A stretch of 51,623 nt of DNA from Candidatus Latescibacterota bacterium (GTDB lineage: Bacteria; Latescibacterota; UBA2968; GCA-2709665): positions 1-51,623 of the forward strand of contig CAXXXF010000008.1 of the NCBI GenBank assembly GCA_963667175.2, in the 5' to 3' direction. The position numbers and the translations under genes were made by a program. Position 1 is the stretch's first letter, and every line of letters begins with the position of its first letter. Below are positions 18,498 through 27,301 of this stretch, piece by piece. The notes under the pieces were generated by a model that was given only the letters and a program-made list of their open reading frames with translations, was not told the DNA's origin and ran no database searches.

Positions 18498-19744
18498 TAC
18501 GAACGTGTTATCAGCAAGGAATGCGAGTTGGATCAGATTCGGCAATACATCGCGGAGAACCCTGCCGGATGGTCGGAAGACCCGGAGAATCTCGCCGTCA
18601 GGGGCCGTAGGGATACATTTGGCTGATTAGAGACCGGCCTTAACGTCGAACGAACGGTCCATCTATTCGCCGCAGGGGCGACCGAACAGGACGCGACAAG
18701 CGATTGATGCGGCCATTCGGCGTCGGGACGACCGAACAGGGCCTGACACACACCTGATTCAACCATTCGGTTTAGGGCGACCGGCCGGTCGCCCCTACAA
18801 TGGTGAATGTGATCATGACCCCAGATCTCAAATCCTATCCTGCCTATATGGACTCCGGCGTAGAATGGCTGGGGCGAGTGCCGGCGCATCGGGCCGTCGG
18901 ATGTTTGAATGATGTAGGGGCAGGTTTGAAACCTGCCCCTACTACGAACGTGTTATCAGCAAGGAATCCGAGTTGGATCAGATTCGGCAATGCATCGCGG
19001 AGAACCCTGCCGGATGGTCGGAAGACCCGGAGAATCCTGCCGTGAGGGGCCGTAGGGATACATTTGGCTGATTAGAGACCGGCCTTAACGTCGAACGAAC
19101 GGTCCATCTAATCGCCGTAGGGGCGACCGAACAGGACGCGACAAGCGATTGATGCGGCCATTCGGCGTCGGGACGACCGAACAGGGCCTGACACACACCC
19201 GATTCAACCATTCGGTGTAGGGGCGACCGGCCGGTCGCCCCTACAATGGTGAATGTGATCATGACCCCAGATCTCAAATCCTATTCGACCTATAAGGACT
19301 CCGGCGTAGAATGGCTGGGTGAGGTACCCGCTCATTGGGACCTCAGGAGAACCAAGAGTCTCCTACGCGAACGAAGCGAAAAGGGATTTCCGAATGAACC
19401 ATTACTGGCAGCGACTCAATCAAAGGGGGTTGTTCGCAAGGAAAAATATGAGAACCGGACAGTTCTGGCAACGAAGGATCTGGATCTGCTCAAAATCGTG
19501 CGCGTCAGCGACTTTGTAATCAGCCTTAGGTCCTTTCAGGGCGGTATCGAGTATGCACGGGAACAAGGGATAATCAGTCCTGCATACACGATACTGTATC
19601 CAATCGAACCAAATCACCAAGCTTATCTTGCCAGAATCTTCAAATCACGTCCCTACATCGAGAATCTATCGCTATTTGTGACGGGTATTCGTCAGGGTCA
19701 AAACATAGATTACGAGAGACTCACCCGTTCCTATCTGCCCCTAC

Positions 19745-21296
19745 CAGCCTGTTGAAAAAGTATGAATTTTCGAAGTCATGGTCAAAAAAGTATTGTTTGT
19801 GTCATGTGTTTGTTGGTAAGATAGAGGAAACGTGCAGTAAGCAGAGAAGTCGAGTGTTGAAGGAGGTCGGTGATGTCGATGAGCAGGCGTCAAGAAAGTC
19901 ATCAGGAGGAAATGTGGGTGCCTTCCAGCACGCTGTCCGAGGGTCCTGGGCATCCGTTTTACACGCGCCTGAACAGGCTGCTGTCCGAGGGTGGTTTCGA
20001 TCCCTTTGTGGAAGGGCAGTGCGCGCCGTATTACGCGGAGACGTTGGGGCGTCCCAGTATCGCTCCCGGGGTGTATTTCCGCATGCTGATGATCGGCTAT
20101 TTCGAGGGTTTGAGCTCGGAGCGGGGCATCGCCTGGCGTGTTGCCGATTCGCTTTGTCTGCGCCGCTTTCTGGGTATTCCCTTGAGCGAATCGCCGCCGG
20201 ATCACTCGAGTCTGTCGCGCATAAGGCAGCGCTTGCCGGTGGAGGTGCACGAAGCGGTCTTCACGTTTGTGCTGAAGGTGTTGGTCGGCCACGACCTGCT
20301 CAAGGGCAAGACGGTGGCGGTGGACGCCACCACGCTGGAAGCCAACGCGGCGATGAAAAGCATCGTGCGGCGGGACACGGGCAAAGCCTACCACGAGTAT
20401 CTGGAAGGGCTGGCCCGGGCCGAAGGCATCCCAACCCCGACGAAGCAGGACCTGGCCCGGCTCGACAAGAAGCGCACGAATAAGGCTTCCAACAAGGACT
20501 GGGAACATCCCCATGATGCGGATGCCCGCGTTACCAAGATGAAGGACGGACGCACGCATTTGGCTCACAAGGCCGAGCATACGGTCGATCTGGACACTCA
20601 GGCGCTGGTGGCCATAACGGTATGTGGCGCCGATAAAGGGGACACCGAGTCGCTGGGCGGGAGTTTGGACCAAGCCGACCGGAATCTGCAAGCGGTCGGG
20701 GACATCGATGACAAGACGGCACTTCGCGAAGTGGTGGCGGATAAGGGATATCACAGCAATCACACCATGAAGACCTTGAAGACGGCAAAGATCCGCAGCT
20801 ACGTCTCGGAACCGGATCGCGGACGGCGAAACTGGAAAAAGGATGCGGCGGCCAAGATGGCGGTGTATGCAAATCGCCGGCGCATACGAGGCGTCCGTGG
20901 GCGCGCCCTGCAGCGGCAGCGCGCCGAGGTGGCAGAACGCAGTTTTGCGCACACCTATGAAACCGGGGGGATGCGTCGCACGCACCTGCGCGGCCACACC
21001 AACATCTACAAACGGCTGTGTATACACGGCGGCGCTTTCAATCTCTCCCTCGTGATGCGACAGATCACCGGCAAGGGCACCCCGAGGGCGTTGCATGGGT
21101 TGCTATCGGCATTCGGCACCTTTGTTCATCGCCTCAAACGCGCTCTCGAGGCCCGTAAAACAATTTCACGGCGTCTTTCCGCATTCTTTCCCTATTTGAA
21201 AACTTAGTGCCCATTGCCGACACGCAACACACATCAAACATACCCTACCCTCTTTTCCACGATTCTTCGCTGAAATCCCGTTTTTTCAACGGACTG
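19745..21296 (+). mobile_element. Insertion sequence, IS5/IS1182-like, 1552 bp
   Basis: IRs CAGCCTGTTGAAAAA and TTTTTCAACGGACTG; CTAC target duplication at 19741-19744 and 21297-21300. Confidence 0.92.
19870..21207 (+). CDS. DDE transposase (DUF772 + DDE_Tnp_1 type)
   Basis: GRPSIAP, PDHSSLSR.RQR, AVDATTLEANA, VVADKGYHS and ERSFAH. Confidence 0.92.
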   Translation: MMSMSRRQESHQEEMWVPSSTLSEGPGHPFYTRLNRLLSEGGFDPFVEGQCAPYYAETLGRPSIAPGVYFRMLMIGYFEGLSSERGIAWRVADSLCLRRFLGIPLSESPPDHSSLSRIRQRLPVEVHEAVFTFVLKVLVGHDLLKGKTVAVDATTLEANAAMKSIVRRDTGKAYHEYLEGLARAEGIPTPTKQDLARLDKKRTNKASNKDWEHPHDADARVTKMKDGRTHLAHKAEHTVDLDTQALVAITVCGADKGDTESLGGSLDQADRNLQAVGDIDDKTALREVVADKGYHSNHTMKTLKTAKIRSYVSEPDRGRRNWKKDAAAKMAVYANRRRIRGVRGRALQRQRAEVAERSFAHTYETGGMRRTHLRGHTNIYKRLCIHGGAFNLSLVMRQITGKGTPRALHGLLSAFGTFVHRLKRALEARKTISRRLSAFFPYLKT

Positions 21297-22185
21297 CTAC
21301 CACCTGCCTCAGAACAAGCCGCCATCGTCCGCTTCCTTGATCACGCCGACAGGCGCATCCAGCGCTACATCCGCGCCAAGCAGAAGCTGATTGCGCTGAT
21401 GGAGGAGCAGCGCAAGGCCACTACACAAGAAGTGATTCAATCACGGAGTGTTACCTCGAATAAGATTGAGGTCGTTGCAGACTTGGTCGAAAGGCCGGTT
21501 CACCGAGTCGCCACCGACACATACACCCCGATTGGTCTTTACAACCGAGGACGAGGAATCTTTAAAAAGGAACCTCGTAACGGCAGTGAACTGGGAGATT
21601 CCGATTTCTTCTGGATCGAAAAAGGTGATTTGGTTCTCAGCGGACAGTTTGCTTGGGAAGGGGCAATCGCACTAGCAGATGACACTGAGTCCGGGTGCGT
21701 TGCAAGTCACCGCTATCCTATCCTACGGGGTAGGCAGGACGTTTTGGATTCGGGATTCTTGATGGCGTTTTTCCAGACAGACTGGGGCCAGCTTCTTCTT
21801 GATCACCATTCGAGAGGTGCCGCGGGACGGAACAAGCCTCTCAATGCAAGAACCCTTCTGAAAGAGAAGATACCTCTGCCGCGTCCTCGCCAGCAATCGG
21901 ATATAGTAGAAATGCTGCAACGCGAGAAGTTCGTTCGCCAACAGGCAGAAGACCTTAAAAGACTGTTGAGCGAATACCGCACCCGCCTGATCGCCGATGT
22001 CGTCACCGGAAAGCTGGACGTGCGCGAAGCGGCGGCTGACCTGCCTAAGGAAGACGTGACCGGCGATGAGGAAGAATCGGCGGAAGGCAACATGATCGAT
22101 CATCCAATGATGTAGGGGCGACCGGCCGGTCGCCCCTACCGCGAACCGGCGCCGACCGCACTGTTGCCCGTCGACCGATTGTTGG

Positions 22186-22352
22186 GTATATTGTGGCACA
22201 CAGAAACTGTGAGACTGTGACTATAAAGAACATCACCGTATCCGTCGACGAGCAGACCCACCGGCAACGGCGATGGATTCGATTGTGGTGAACCACTACA
22301 CGGTTACGGTTTGACCACAGACGCCTGGCGGACGCAGGAGAATCGGCAGAAG
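22186..22352 (+). pseudogene. Internally deleted copy of the RHH antitoxin 5' region with promoter/operator
   Basis: Matches 23818-23885 and 24912-24990, then jumps to sequence matching 24059-24147. Confidence 0.75.
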
Positions 22353-22380
22353 AGTACCCGGTTGCAGAGGAGGAGTGGAC

Positions 22381-22629
22381 ATGATTGATTGGTCGAAGTG
22401 CCCTGGGGTGGAGCGAATCCCGGGCAAGGTCAGCGGCGCCTGGCTCTTCACCGACACCAGACTGCCCGTATCGGCCCTGTTTGAGAACCTGGAGGCCGGC
22501 GCCACCGTGGAGGAATTCATGGAGTGGTTCCAAATGGAGGATGAATGGAAGGTAAGTGCGGTCCTCAAGCACGTGGCCGCCTCCCTGAAGGCGCCTGTGC
22601 CGGTGACCAGCCTTGAAGATTCTGTTTGA
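22381..22629 (+). CDS. DUF433 antitoxin
   Basis: WSKCPGVERIPGKVSGAWLF..TRLPVSALFENLE.GATVEEF.EWF; GGAGGAG RBS. Confidence 0.85.
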   Translation: MIDWSKCPGVERIPGKVSGAWLFTDTRLPVSALFENLEAGATVEEFMEWFQMEDEWKVSAVLKHVAASLKAPVPVTSLEDSV

Positions 22630-22945
22630 CCACGGAACTCCTGCGCCACTCCGAAGGGACCTCCACGGCCACGCGGTCGATACTGCGAAAGAGAGAGGTT
22701 GGGACAGGCTTGGCAACGGTGAGCTTCTGGACGTTGCGAACAGTGAGGGATACGAACTGCTTGTCACTACCGACCAGAGCATGAGGCATCAGCAGAACCT
22801 TGTCGATCGGCCTCTGTCTGTGATCGTACTGCTCTCCACCACTTGGCCCTATCCCTTGGAGGGAACGGAAGCCATCCAGGCTGCTATCGACGGGATTCAG
22901 CCCGGAGAAGTCCGCGAAGTCCCCATCCCGATGAGAAGCGAGTGA
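22613..22945 (+). CDS. DUF5615-like PIN toxin
   Basis: ILFDHGTP..LR, GW..L.NGELL and VTTDQSMRHQQN. Confidence 0.82.
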   Translation: MKILFDHGTPAPLRRDLHGHAVDTAKERGWDRLGNGELLDVANSEGYELLVTTDQSMRHQQNLVDRPLSVIVLLSTTWPYPLEGTEAIQAAIDGIQPGEVREVPIPMRSE

Positions 22946-22975
22946 GGTCATGAACAGCAGGAGGCACTGCGTCAT

Positions 22976-23401
22976 ATGAACGACTCAACGCCGCGGTGGC
23001 GGTACAGGTTCTCCAACTACAAGCGGGCGTTTACGCTGCTTCGGGAGGCGATTGAGGCGCTGAGTGAGAGCGGACTGAGCCAGCTTGAAAAGGAAGGAAC
23101 CATCCAGAGGTTTGAATACACGATGGAACTTGCGTGGAACGTCATGAAGGACTATCTGGAGCACGAAGGCGTCGTTTTTGGACAAACCACGCCGAGGAGC
23201 GTCATCAGGAAGGCGTTCGAGACCAACCTGACCGAGCACGGGAGGGTATGGATGGACGCGCTCGATGCGAGAAACAGGATGTCTCACACGTACGATTTCC
23301 AGAAATTCGAAGTCGTGATAGAAAATATCCGCAGCACGTATCTTGCCGCGATGGAAGACCTTTACATGTTTCTCCTGGAGAAGGAGGCGGACAATGCCTG
23401 A
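22976..23401 (+). CDS. HEPN nucleotidyltransferase substrate-binding protein (HI0074 family)
   Basis: RW.YRF.NY, EG.IQRFEYT.ELAW..MKDYL and RNRMSH (Rx4H). Confidence 0.88.
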   Translation: MNDSTPRWRYRFSNYKRAFTLLREAIEALSESGLSQLEKEGTIQRFEYTMELAWNVMKDYLEHEGVVFGQTTPRSVIRKAFETNLTEHGRVWMDALDARNRMSHTYDFQKFEVVIENIRSTYLAAMEDLYMFLLEKEADNA

Positions 23402-23735
23402 ACACGGACTCTTGGATGAAGACGTCGAAACGATCCGGGACGTCCTGGCCAACTTCGCCGATGAGATCACACGGGTTGATCTGTTCGGATCCAGAGCCAC
23501 GGGAAACCACCGGGGGAATTCGGACGTCGATCTCGCGGTTCATGGAGACGTCAAGGATACAACGATCGACAGGCTGTCGACTTTGTTCAACGAAAGCAGC
23601 CTGCCGTTCTCGGTTGACGTCGCCAGCTATAATAGCCTGACGTCTCGTCCCCTGAAGTCGCACATCGATGCCGTTGGACAATGCCTGTTTACCGCTCAAG
23701 AGATCCGGATGGGCAGAAAATTCCGGCGGGGATAG
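23394..23735 (+). CDS. Minimal nucleotidyltransferase (MNT antitoxin)
   Basis: LFGSRATG.HR.NSDVDLAV and LPF.VDV. Confidence 0.88.
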   Translation: MPEHGLLDEDVETIRDVLANFADEITRVDLFGSRATGNHRGNSDVDLAVHGDVKDTTIDRLSTLFNESSLPFSVDVASYNSLTSRPLKSHIDAVGQCLFTAQEIRMGRKFRRG

Positions 23736-23836
23736 AATCCTTTTAGCGGGATTCAGCTATCCCCCTCCTCATCGACGAAGTTGTTGCCGTTCGGCCAATT
23801 ATTACCAGAACCGTTGGACACAGAAACCGTGAGGCT

Positions 23837-24013
23837 GTGACTATGAAGAACATTACCGTATCCGTCGACGAGCAGACCCACCGGCTCGCACGAATCCGTG
23901 CGGCGGAATTGGATACGTCGGTATCGGCCCTCGTGCGAGACTACCTGAAGAGTCTGGCAGCGGACCGCGCCAGCGCAATGGCCAGAGGGCCGAGAGTAGA
24001 GGAGGAGGTTTAA
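23837..24013 (+). pseudogene. Truncated RHH antitoxin with no PIN partner
   Basis: MKNITVSVDEQTHRLARIRAAELDTSVSALVRDYLKSLA; TAA at 24011 while homology to 24942-25289 continues past it. Confidence 0.75.
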
Positions 24014-24173
24014 CTCCATTGCTGGATGTTGCGAGAGGTCATTGAAAAGCTCACGGCCAACGGCGGCCGATTCGGTTGTGGTGAAAGGCGACACGGTTAC
24101 GGTTTGACCACAGACGCCTGGCGGACGCAGAAGAATCGGCTGAAGAGCACACAATCGAAAAGGAGGTGACCGT

Positions 24174-24422
24174 TTGACGGACTGGAGCAAGTGCCCGGCG
24201 GTGGAGAGCGTGCCTGGCAGGGTTAGCGGGGCCTGGGTGTTCACCGGGACCCGGCTGCCTGTGTCGGCCCTTTTCGGCAACCTTGCGGAGGGCGCAACGG
24301 TCGACGACTTTATCGAATGGTTCGGCGGGGTAGACGAAGCACAGGTCCGTGCGGTTCTGGAATTCGTAGCGGAAGAACTTGATGCCAGGGTCGCCGGGGT
24401 CTCGCATGCGAATCCTGTTTGA
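24174..24422 (+). CDS. DUF433 antitoxin
   Basis: WSKCPAVESVPGRVSGAWVFTGTRLPV; AAGGAGG RBS, TTG start. Confidence 0.85.
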   Translation: MTDWSKCPAVESVPGRVSGAWVFTGTRLPVSALFGNLAEGATVDDFIEWFGGVDEAQVRAVLEFVAEELDARVAGVSHANPV

Positions 24423-24738
24423 CCACAATGCGCCACGGCAGCTTCGGCGTCACCTCGTCGACCACGATGTTGACGTGGCTGAAGAGCGCGGGTGGGCAAC
24501 GCTCGACAATGGCGAATTGCTGGATCGGGCGGAAGAAGCCGGATATGGAGTTGTCATTACTGCGGACAGGAACATGCCAAACCAACAGAATATCGGAAGC
24601 CGTAGCTTCGCACTAATCGTTCTTGGGGCGAACCGGTGGCCGCTCATCGAGCCCAGGATTGAGGATATTCGCACCGTCCTTGACGGGATTCAGCCCGGAG
24701 AAGTCCGGGAAGTCCCCATCCCGATGAGAAGCGAGTGA
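24406..24738 (+). CDS. DUF5615-like PIN toxin
   Basis: ILFDHNAP..LRR, GW.TL.NGELL and ITADRNMPNQQN. Confidence 0.82.
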   Translation: MRILFDHNAPRQLRRHLVDHDVDVAEERGWATLDNGELLDRAEEAGYGVVITADRNMPNQQNIGSRSFALIVLGANRWPLIEPRIEDIRTVLDGIQPGEVREVPIPMRSE

Positions 24739-24941
24739 CACAAAGAACAGCGACAACTCCGAATACGACCTTGAACCGAAGCAGTGCGAAAACCGTCAGA
24801 TCGGAGCCGCCAACTGGCTGGGTCAATCTGCTGATCCACCGTACCCAACCTCAACCTTGACGATTTGAGCTCCCTTGCCACCTCTGTTGTTATCCATCGG
24901 CCGGCTAATGCGTATATTGTGATACACAGAACTGTGAGGCT

Positions 24942-25289
24942 GTGACTATGAGAAACATCACCGTATCCGTCGACGAAGAGACACATCGGCTCGCGCGCAT
25001 CCGTGCGGCAGAATTGGACACGTCGGTATCGGCCCTCGTGCGAGACTACCTGAAGAGTCTGGCATCGGACCGCGCAGGCGGCGCAGCCGACAACGGGACG
25101 GTTACGGAGCCAGAGGCCAAGCGTCGGCGTAGGATGTTGAGCGAGGTCATTGAGAAAATTCGCACCACTTCACCCGGATTCAGGGCCGCCGACAACCTGT
25201 CTCGAGAGGAGCTGTACGACCGGGCCAGGGCAAGGGCCGAAGCCGAGGCAGCGGCCGTTGTCGAACGCCAGGATCCCAGGGGCGGGTGA
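24942..25289 (+). CDS. RHH-type antitoxin (VapB-like)
   Basis: NITVSVDEE..R.ARIRAAE.DTSVSALVR.YL and LSREELYDR. Confidence 0.8.
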   Translation: MTMRNITVSVDEETHRLARIRAAELDTSVSALVRDYLKSLASDRAGGAADNGTVTEPEAKRRRRMLSEVIEKIRTTSPGFRAADNLSREELYDRARARAEAEAAAVVERQDPRGG

Positions 25290-25708
25290 GCGCCGTGCGC
25301 TTTGTCGATACGAACGTCCTGATATACGCGGCCAGCCCCGCTCCTGATGAAGCCGGCAAGCAGCGTTCGGCTCAACGGCTGCTGGAAGAGGGAGATCTTG
25401 CGTTGTCCGTCCAGGTACTCCAGGAGTTCTATCACCAGTCTACGCGCTCCAGCCGTCCTGGAGCGATCACCCAGGACCACGCGCTGCAATTCATCGAGAG
25501 CATTAGTCACTTTCCGGTGCAGGACATCACTCTCAGTTTGTTCATTGCAGCAATCGCCATCAGCCAACGTTTCGGGCTGTCCTACTGGGACGGCGCAATT
25601 CTCGCCGCAGCCCGTGCCATGGGCTGCGATGACGTGTACACCGAGGATTTGAGCACGGATCAGGACTACGACGGCCTCCGGATTATAAACCCGTTCACGA
25701 ACGTGTAG
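25286..25708 (+). CDS. PIN domain toxin (VapC-like)
   Basis: FVDTNVLIYA, SVQVLQEF, SYWDGAI, YTEDL and INPF. Confidence 0.9.
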   Translation: MSAVRFVDTNVLIYAASPAPDEAGKQRSAQRLLEEGDLALSVQVLQEFYHQSTRSSRPGAITQDHALQFIESISHFPVQDITLSLFIAAIAISQRFGLSYWDGAILAAARAMGCDDVYTEDLSTDQDYDGLRIINPFTNV

Positions 25709-25856
25709 GTTCTGAAATCCGCGGTCAGAAACGCCGTTCATTGCTGTCGAAAATCACCGGAATTGCATCAGAGGGACTAAACAAGCCAAAAGCGCACTTT
25801 CCTACCACCCCCTCGTCGAGGGCGTATAAATCACAGCATCAGACAAATATAACTCC

Positions 25857-26124
25857 ATGACAATATCCCTATCCGAGCTTCAAACCTGGATTGGACCGTC
25901 GGACGAATAAGATGTTGCTGCTGAAGCACATTCAAGATAACCGGAAAGAAGGGAGCCGATTACGTGAACTCGTTCAAGTACTGCCAGCTCTTTCGTATGT
26001 TCAGGTCCAGAGGTTGATCCAGGATTTAAGGGTTGAAGGACAGATCCACAAAAAAGGAAACACCAGTTCCGCTCGCTGGTTCCCGGGACGCACCCCAATT
26101 GACATTATGCCTGAAGAAGTTTAA
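25857..26124 (+). pseudogene. Internally deleted remnant, probably of an AlbA/Schlafen-type ATP-binding winged-helix protein
   Basis: Short N-terminal MTISLSELQTW is joined out of frame to a wHTH-like C-terminus (NKMLLLKHI...LVQVLP.LS..QVQ.LI..L..EG.I...G....ARW). Family is from recall. Confidence 0.45.
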
Positions 26125-26287
26125 AACGCAATTACGTTATAAGTTCTACATAAGTTTGGAATTTGTATATTTCGTAAGCATCTGAATTTACTAACGTTAT
26201 TTGTCAACAACTTATGTCGGTTTTGTTCGTATTTCATATAATACAGTCGGAACGTGTCAATAGAAATGAGACACCTCCCGTTGGAAT

Positions 26288-27301
26288 TTAGTGAAGCAAC
26301 TGATGGCATTCGATGGTGTTCTGTGGTTGGTTAATCCAGACTTGGTCTGGAACGCGTGGTGGACGAGGATGCCCCTTAACAAATCGTTCAGGGTGGTTGT
26401 GATAGGCCTGGTCCAGCACCGATTGTCTGGCGGCTTGAAACTGCTGTGTCAGCCCGTGGTGGACGGTATCGGGCGTGAGTAAGCCCAGTCCGCTGTGCCG
26501 GTGTTGTGTGTTGTACCAGGGAAAGAAGGCCTGTAAATAGGTGCGTGCTTCTTGCGGGTTGGTGAAGCGCCCGGGGTATGAAGGCGCGTATTTGAGCGTC
26601 TTGAATTGGCTTTCGGAATACGGGTTGTCATCGGACACACGGGGTCGAGAGTAGCTGGCCAGGATGTCGAGGTCCATCAGCAACTGCGAAAAGGTCTTGG
26701 CCGTCATGGGTGCGCCGCGGTCCTGGTGCAGCGTCAGTTGTCGGGGTTGAATGCCCTGTTTCTGGCATGCGTTGGCAATCAGGCGCTTGGCGTATGTGGC
26801 GCTCTCCCTTGTGGCGACCGTCCAGGCCACGACATAGCGTGAGAACAGATCCAGTACAACGTAGAGGGGATAGGTCACCCACTTGCGTGGTCCTGGCAGC
26901 CGCGTGATATCCCACGTCCAGACCTGGTTGGGCGCATCCGCCATCAAGCGGGGCGGTTCCAGACGTGGATGACGGAGCTGGTGTCTCCGCTGGCGCACTT
27001 CCCCTGCGTCGTGAAGCAGACGGTACATGGTCCGGATCGAGCAGACATACCGCCCTTCCTCCAGCAACGCGGCGTAGACTGCCGGTGGCGCCTGGTCTGC
27101 GAAGCGGTCCTCGTGCAGGATGTCCAGCACGGCGGCGCGCTCGTTTTGGGAAAGCGCACGTGGCGACGAGGACCGCGCGCCACGAGGCGTGCGTGGGGCT
27201 GGCTGACGCGCACGGTAGACCGAAGCCCGCGCCACACCCAGGGCCCGGCACGCGGAAGCCAAGCCCACCTTCGGGGCCAGTTGTTCTGCCGCACGGATCA
27301 T
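26288..27301 (-). CDS. IS3 transposase OrfB (rve integrase core)
   Basis: PNQVWTWDIT, LDLFSRYVVAW, HQDRG, DNPYSESQFKTLK and YN.QHRHSGLG. Confidence 0.92.
   Translation of the reverse strand: MIRAAEQLAPKVGLASACRALGVARASVYRARQPAPRTPRGARSSSPRALSQNERAAVLDILHEDRFADQAPPAVYAALLEEGRYVCSIRTMYRLLHDAGEVRQRRHQLRHPRLEPPRLMADAPNQVWTWDITRLPGPRKWVTYPLYVVLDLFSRYVVAWTVATRESATYAKRLIANACQKQGIQPRQLTLHQDRGAPMTAKTFSQLLMDLDILASYSRPRVSDDNPYSESQFKTLKYAPSYPGRFTNPQEARTYLQAFFPWYNTQHRHSGLGLLTPDTVHHGLTQQFQAARQSVLDQAYHNHPERFVKGHPRPPRVPDQVWINQPQNTIECHQLLH

Larger units (their letters stand above)
18042..19335 (+). repeat. Tandem array of about 3 units of roughly 450 bp: RAYT 3' end, REP, hsdS 5' stub, second REP type
   Basis: MVNVIMT starts recur at 18349, 18800 and 19246 (periods 451 and 446). 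QYIAENP..RGRRDTFG* type ends recur three times. Confidence 0.92.
19246..22115 (+). pseudogene. hsdS: Type I R-M specificity subunit interrupted by an IS (parts 19246-19744 and 21301-22115)
   Basis: YKDSGVEWLGEVPAHW, TRD1, LPLP|PASEQAAIVRFLD, TRD2 and EYRTRLIADVVTGKLDVR. Removing the IS and one CTAC restores the frame. The stop codon lies within the REP at 22112. Confidence 0.92.

Noticed and set aside
18042-19335. CRISPR array suggested by regularly spaced 28-29 bp palindromes
   Set aside because: The intervening sequences are themselves repeated and far too long, no cas genes are present, and the palindromes are GTAG-type REPs beside a RAYT.
18349-22115. Invertible hsdS shufflon
   Set aside because: All repeats are direct, the extra hsdS copies are stubs with no TRD, and there is no invertase.
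14640-25708. Classical integron cassette array
   Set aside because: No IntI-like tyrosine recombinase and no convincing attC sites (RYYYAAC...GTTRRRY) between the modules.
26125-26254. AT-rich patch as an origin or ncRNA
   Set aside because: It is short, with no iterons or stable structure seen, and is more likely a remnant of foreign DNA next to the IS.
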